64,000 bases of DNA from a virus. Location: positions 32,001 through 96,000 of the IMG/VR virus record IMGVR_UViG_3300009503_000018; one strand, written 5' to 3'. How positions within the stretch are numbered: position 1 is the first letter of the stretch; each line of letters opens with the position of its first letter. Made by a program: the position numbers and the translations under genes. The notes below the pieces were generated by a model. That model saw nothing but the letters and a program-made list of their open reading frames with translations, searched no databases and was not told where the DNA came from. This document shows, piece after piece, positions 62,298 to 64,000 of this stretch.

Positions 62298-63206
62298 ATG
62301 AACCCTCTGCCGAGGATACCCCCAGCTCGTTGTACTGGGGAATTGTCATCATCCATTCACATAGATGACTACATGGCAGAACCCAAGCTCGATGGCGGAC
62401 GGTACATGCTCTATTTGGAGCATGATGGAACTGTCCATTTTTATAGCCGTCGGGACTTTCCTCGTATTGATAAATGCGATGTCGTTCCGCATATTGCCCG
62501 TCCATATCCTCAGTTCCGAGGAACTATCCTTGACGGAGAAGTTGTGTTGCCCAATCAAACCCAATTGAGCGAGACGACTCGAATCCTGAATATGACTCCA
62601 AAAAAGGCCGTTGCTGAACAAGAGAAGCGGGGGAAGCTTACGTACCACGTCTTTGATATTCTCTTTGTTCGTGGAGACGATGTGCGTTGGCAACCGTATC
62701 ACATAAGACGGACACTGCTAGAGTCCGTGATTTCCGGAATTGCGAACCCCCATATTCAAATAATTCCACAGAGCAAAGACTATGCTCAACTATTCACGAG
62801 CATAATCGCGCAGGGAGGCGAGGGAATCGTCCTGAAGCATATTCGTTCTTCATATGGTATGAATTGGATTAAGATGAAGCGTCGACACGACGTGAGCTGT
62901 GTCGTATCTGGTTTCCAAGAAGGACAAGGAAAATATCGTAATAATCTCGGGTCTCTCCGCGTGTCCGTATGGGACGGCGGCAAGCTCGTCGAAGTAGCAA
63001 CATGTTCTGGAATGACAGATGCGGAAAGAAGTCAAATCTGGAGACACAAGGAGCGCTTTATTGGACGCGTTGTGGATGTCTTTGCGCAATCTATTACGCA
63101 GGACAAAAGGCTTCGCCACCCTATTTTTCACCGCTTCCGTGACGATTATGCTCCAAGTGATTGTACCATGAAAAAGCTCCTATCCGATCTTCAAGCCAGG
63201 ACTTGA
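62298..63206 (+). CDS. ATP-dependent DNA ligase
   Basis: EPKLDG, ILDGEVV, VFDIL, EGIVLK, WIKMK, OB domain with LRHP. Confidence 0.92.
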   Translation: MNPLPRIPPARCTGELSSSIHIDDYMAEPKLDGGRYMLYLEHDGTVHFYSRRDFPRIDKCDVVPHIARPYPQFRGTILDGEVVLPNQTQLSETTRILNMTPKKAVAEQEKRGKLTYHVFDILFVRGDDVRWQPYHIRRTLLESVISGIANPHIQIIPQSKDYAQLFTSIIAQGGEGIVLKHIRSSYGMNWIKMKRRHDVSCVVSGFQEGQGKYRNNLGSLRVSVWDGGKLVEVATCSGMTDAERSQIWRHKERFIGRVVDVFAQSITQDKRLRHPIFHRFRDDYAPSDCTMKKLLSDLQART

Positions 63207-63231
63207 CATTATTCGACAATCCGTATATTGT
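63203..63231 (+). promoter_or_regulatory. sigma70-type promoter
   Basis: TTGACA-TTATTCGACAATCCGTA-TATTGT. Confidence 0.65.
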
Positions 63232-63250
63232 TGCTTGTAAGGAGGCGACA

Positions 63251-63844
63251 ATGCCAATCGTTAAGAAGGAAGAAAAGGCTACAAAGTCCTATCCCGAGCC
63301 ATTCCTTCGGCTCGCGGACAAGGCGGCGACGCTCCAGGTCGCGCAAAGCTACTTCCGCGACCTATACGATGAGGCGCGCAGCGAAATCGAGCAGTATCTC
63401 GCCGATGATAACTGCCCTATTACCGTCCATATCGGCGAGAAGGGATCAAATCCCAAGATCGACGGCGTTTGCACCATTATCCTTACTCAGCCCGAGCGAC
63501 TCGATAATAGAGCGGCCGCGCAAACCGTTGCCGACCTTGTATCCACAGGCAAGATTAATCCAGCCGATCTCGTCGAGCTTATTTCACAAGTCAACAAGGA
63601 AGCTTTGGCGAAGGTTGTTGACTCAGACACGCTCAAGTCTTTGATTAAGCGCAACGACGACGGCGATGTGCCTGTGCAGATTGCAGTCCGTGTTGACAAC
63701 GAATATAAGCTCGCGGTTCATCCGTATTTCGAAGCCATGTACGCTACCGTGAGCGAAAAGATCGACAAACAGCGCGAGCCGACAGCTCAGCTAAAGATCA
63801 AATCCGACAAAGACGACAAGAAGCGTAATCGAAAGGCAGCATAA
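63251..63844 (+). CDS. Hypothetical protein
   Basis: AAGGAGG RBS before MPIVKK. Confidence 0.7.
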   Translation: MPIVKKEEKATKSYPEPFLRLADKAATLQVAQSYFRDLYDEARSEIEQYLADDNCPITVHIGEKGSNPKIDGVCTIILTQPERLDNRAAAQTVADLVSTGKINPADLVELISQVNKEALAKVVDSDTLKSLIKRNDDGDVPVQIAVRVDNEYKLAVHPYFEAMYATVSEKIDKQREPTAQLKIKSDKDDKKRNRKAA

Positions 63845-64000
63845 TGAACACTAATAAGCAGGACACGGAACTAATATGGCAGCCGATTCCGGCGAAATGC
63901 TCAGGCGGCGTAATCTACGGATGGAGGCTCCGGCGCAGCGACGGCGTAGTCAGCGATGAATTGTATGTTACTTATGCGCAGGCTGTACGTTCTGCCGCAT
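63844..64000 (+). CDS. Partial hypothetical ORF running off the window
   Basis: TAATG overlap; MNTNKQDTELIWQPIPAKC... Confidence 0.45.
   Translation, partial: MNTNKQDTELIWQPIPAKCSGGVIYGWRLRRSDGVVSDELYVTYAQAVRSAA

Noticed and set aside
49-63699. Most antisense or overlapping ORFs in the supplied track (e.g. 7255..7785, 19187..19867, 50792..51307, 61638..62234)
   Set aside because: They shadow well-supported genes on the opposite strand or frame and lack RBS and motifs
1-64000. Classical CRISPR array or cas genes
   Set aside because: No run of identical repeats with unique similar-length spacers; 14601..14654 and 59194..59642 are coding-derived repeats

Overview
This is a 64-kb slice of a large tailed dsDNA bacteriophage (Caudoviricetes-like) genome read in standard code 11; no integrase, capsid or portal gene is recognisable in the window. 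About 1-15 kb and 57.6-64 kb are accessory/early-type regions of short genes behind strong sigma70-type promoters (TTGACA-17-TAnnnT with a shared AATCC spacer motif), with many short duplications. About 15.9-19.1 kb holds a large terminase with a LAGLIDADG intein. About 19-57.5 kb is an almost entirely minus-strand block for RNA repair (two RNA ligases, tRNA-Leu, tRNA-Lys), chaperones (DnaJ, Hsp20), replication (5'-3' exonuclease-UDG fusion, Prim-Pol, class II RNR, SNF2 helicase, family A polymerase), a sigma-like factor, nucleotide metabolism and recombination (SbcC/D, RecA, gp32-like SSB, endonuclease VII). The most interesting structure is an intact, transposase-less TnpB inserted at the stop/start overlap in front of sbcC. 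It is bracketed by a 12-bp direct repeat and carries a 24-nt tRNA-Leu 3' fragment where its left end should be. About 7 kb away lie two further right-end (omegaRNA/reRNA) scaffolds in tandem: one has a 63-nt core identical to the TnpB's own, the other is diverged with compensatory base changes, and each is followed by a different guide. This could be a multi-guide TnpB system of a phage, or only relics of nested insertions. All family assignments come from motif recognition by eye; no database search was run.
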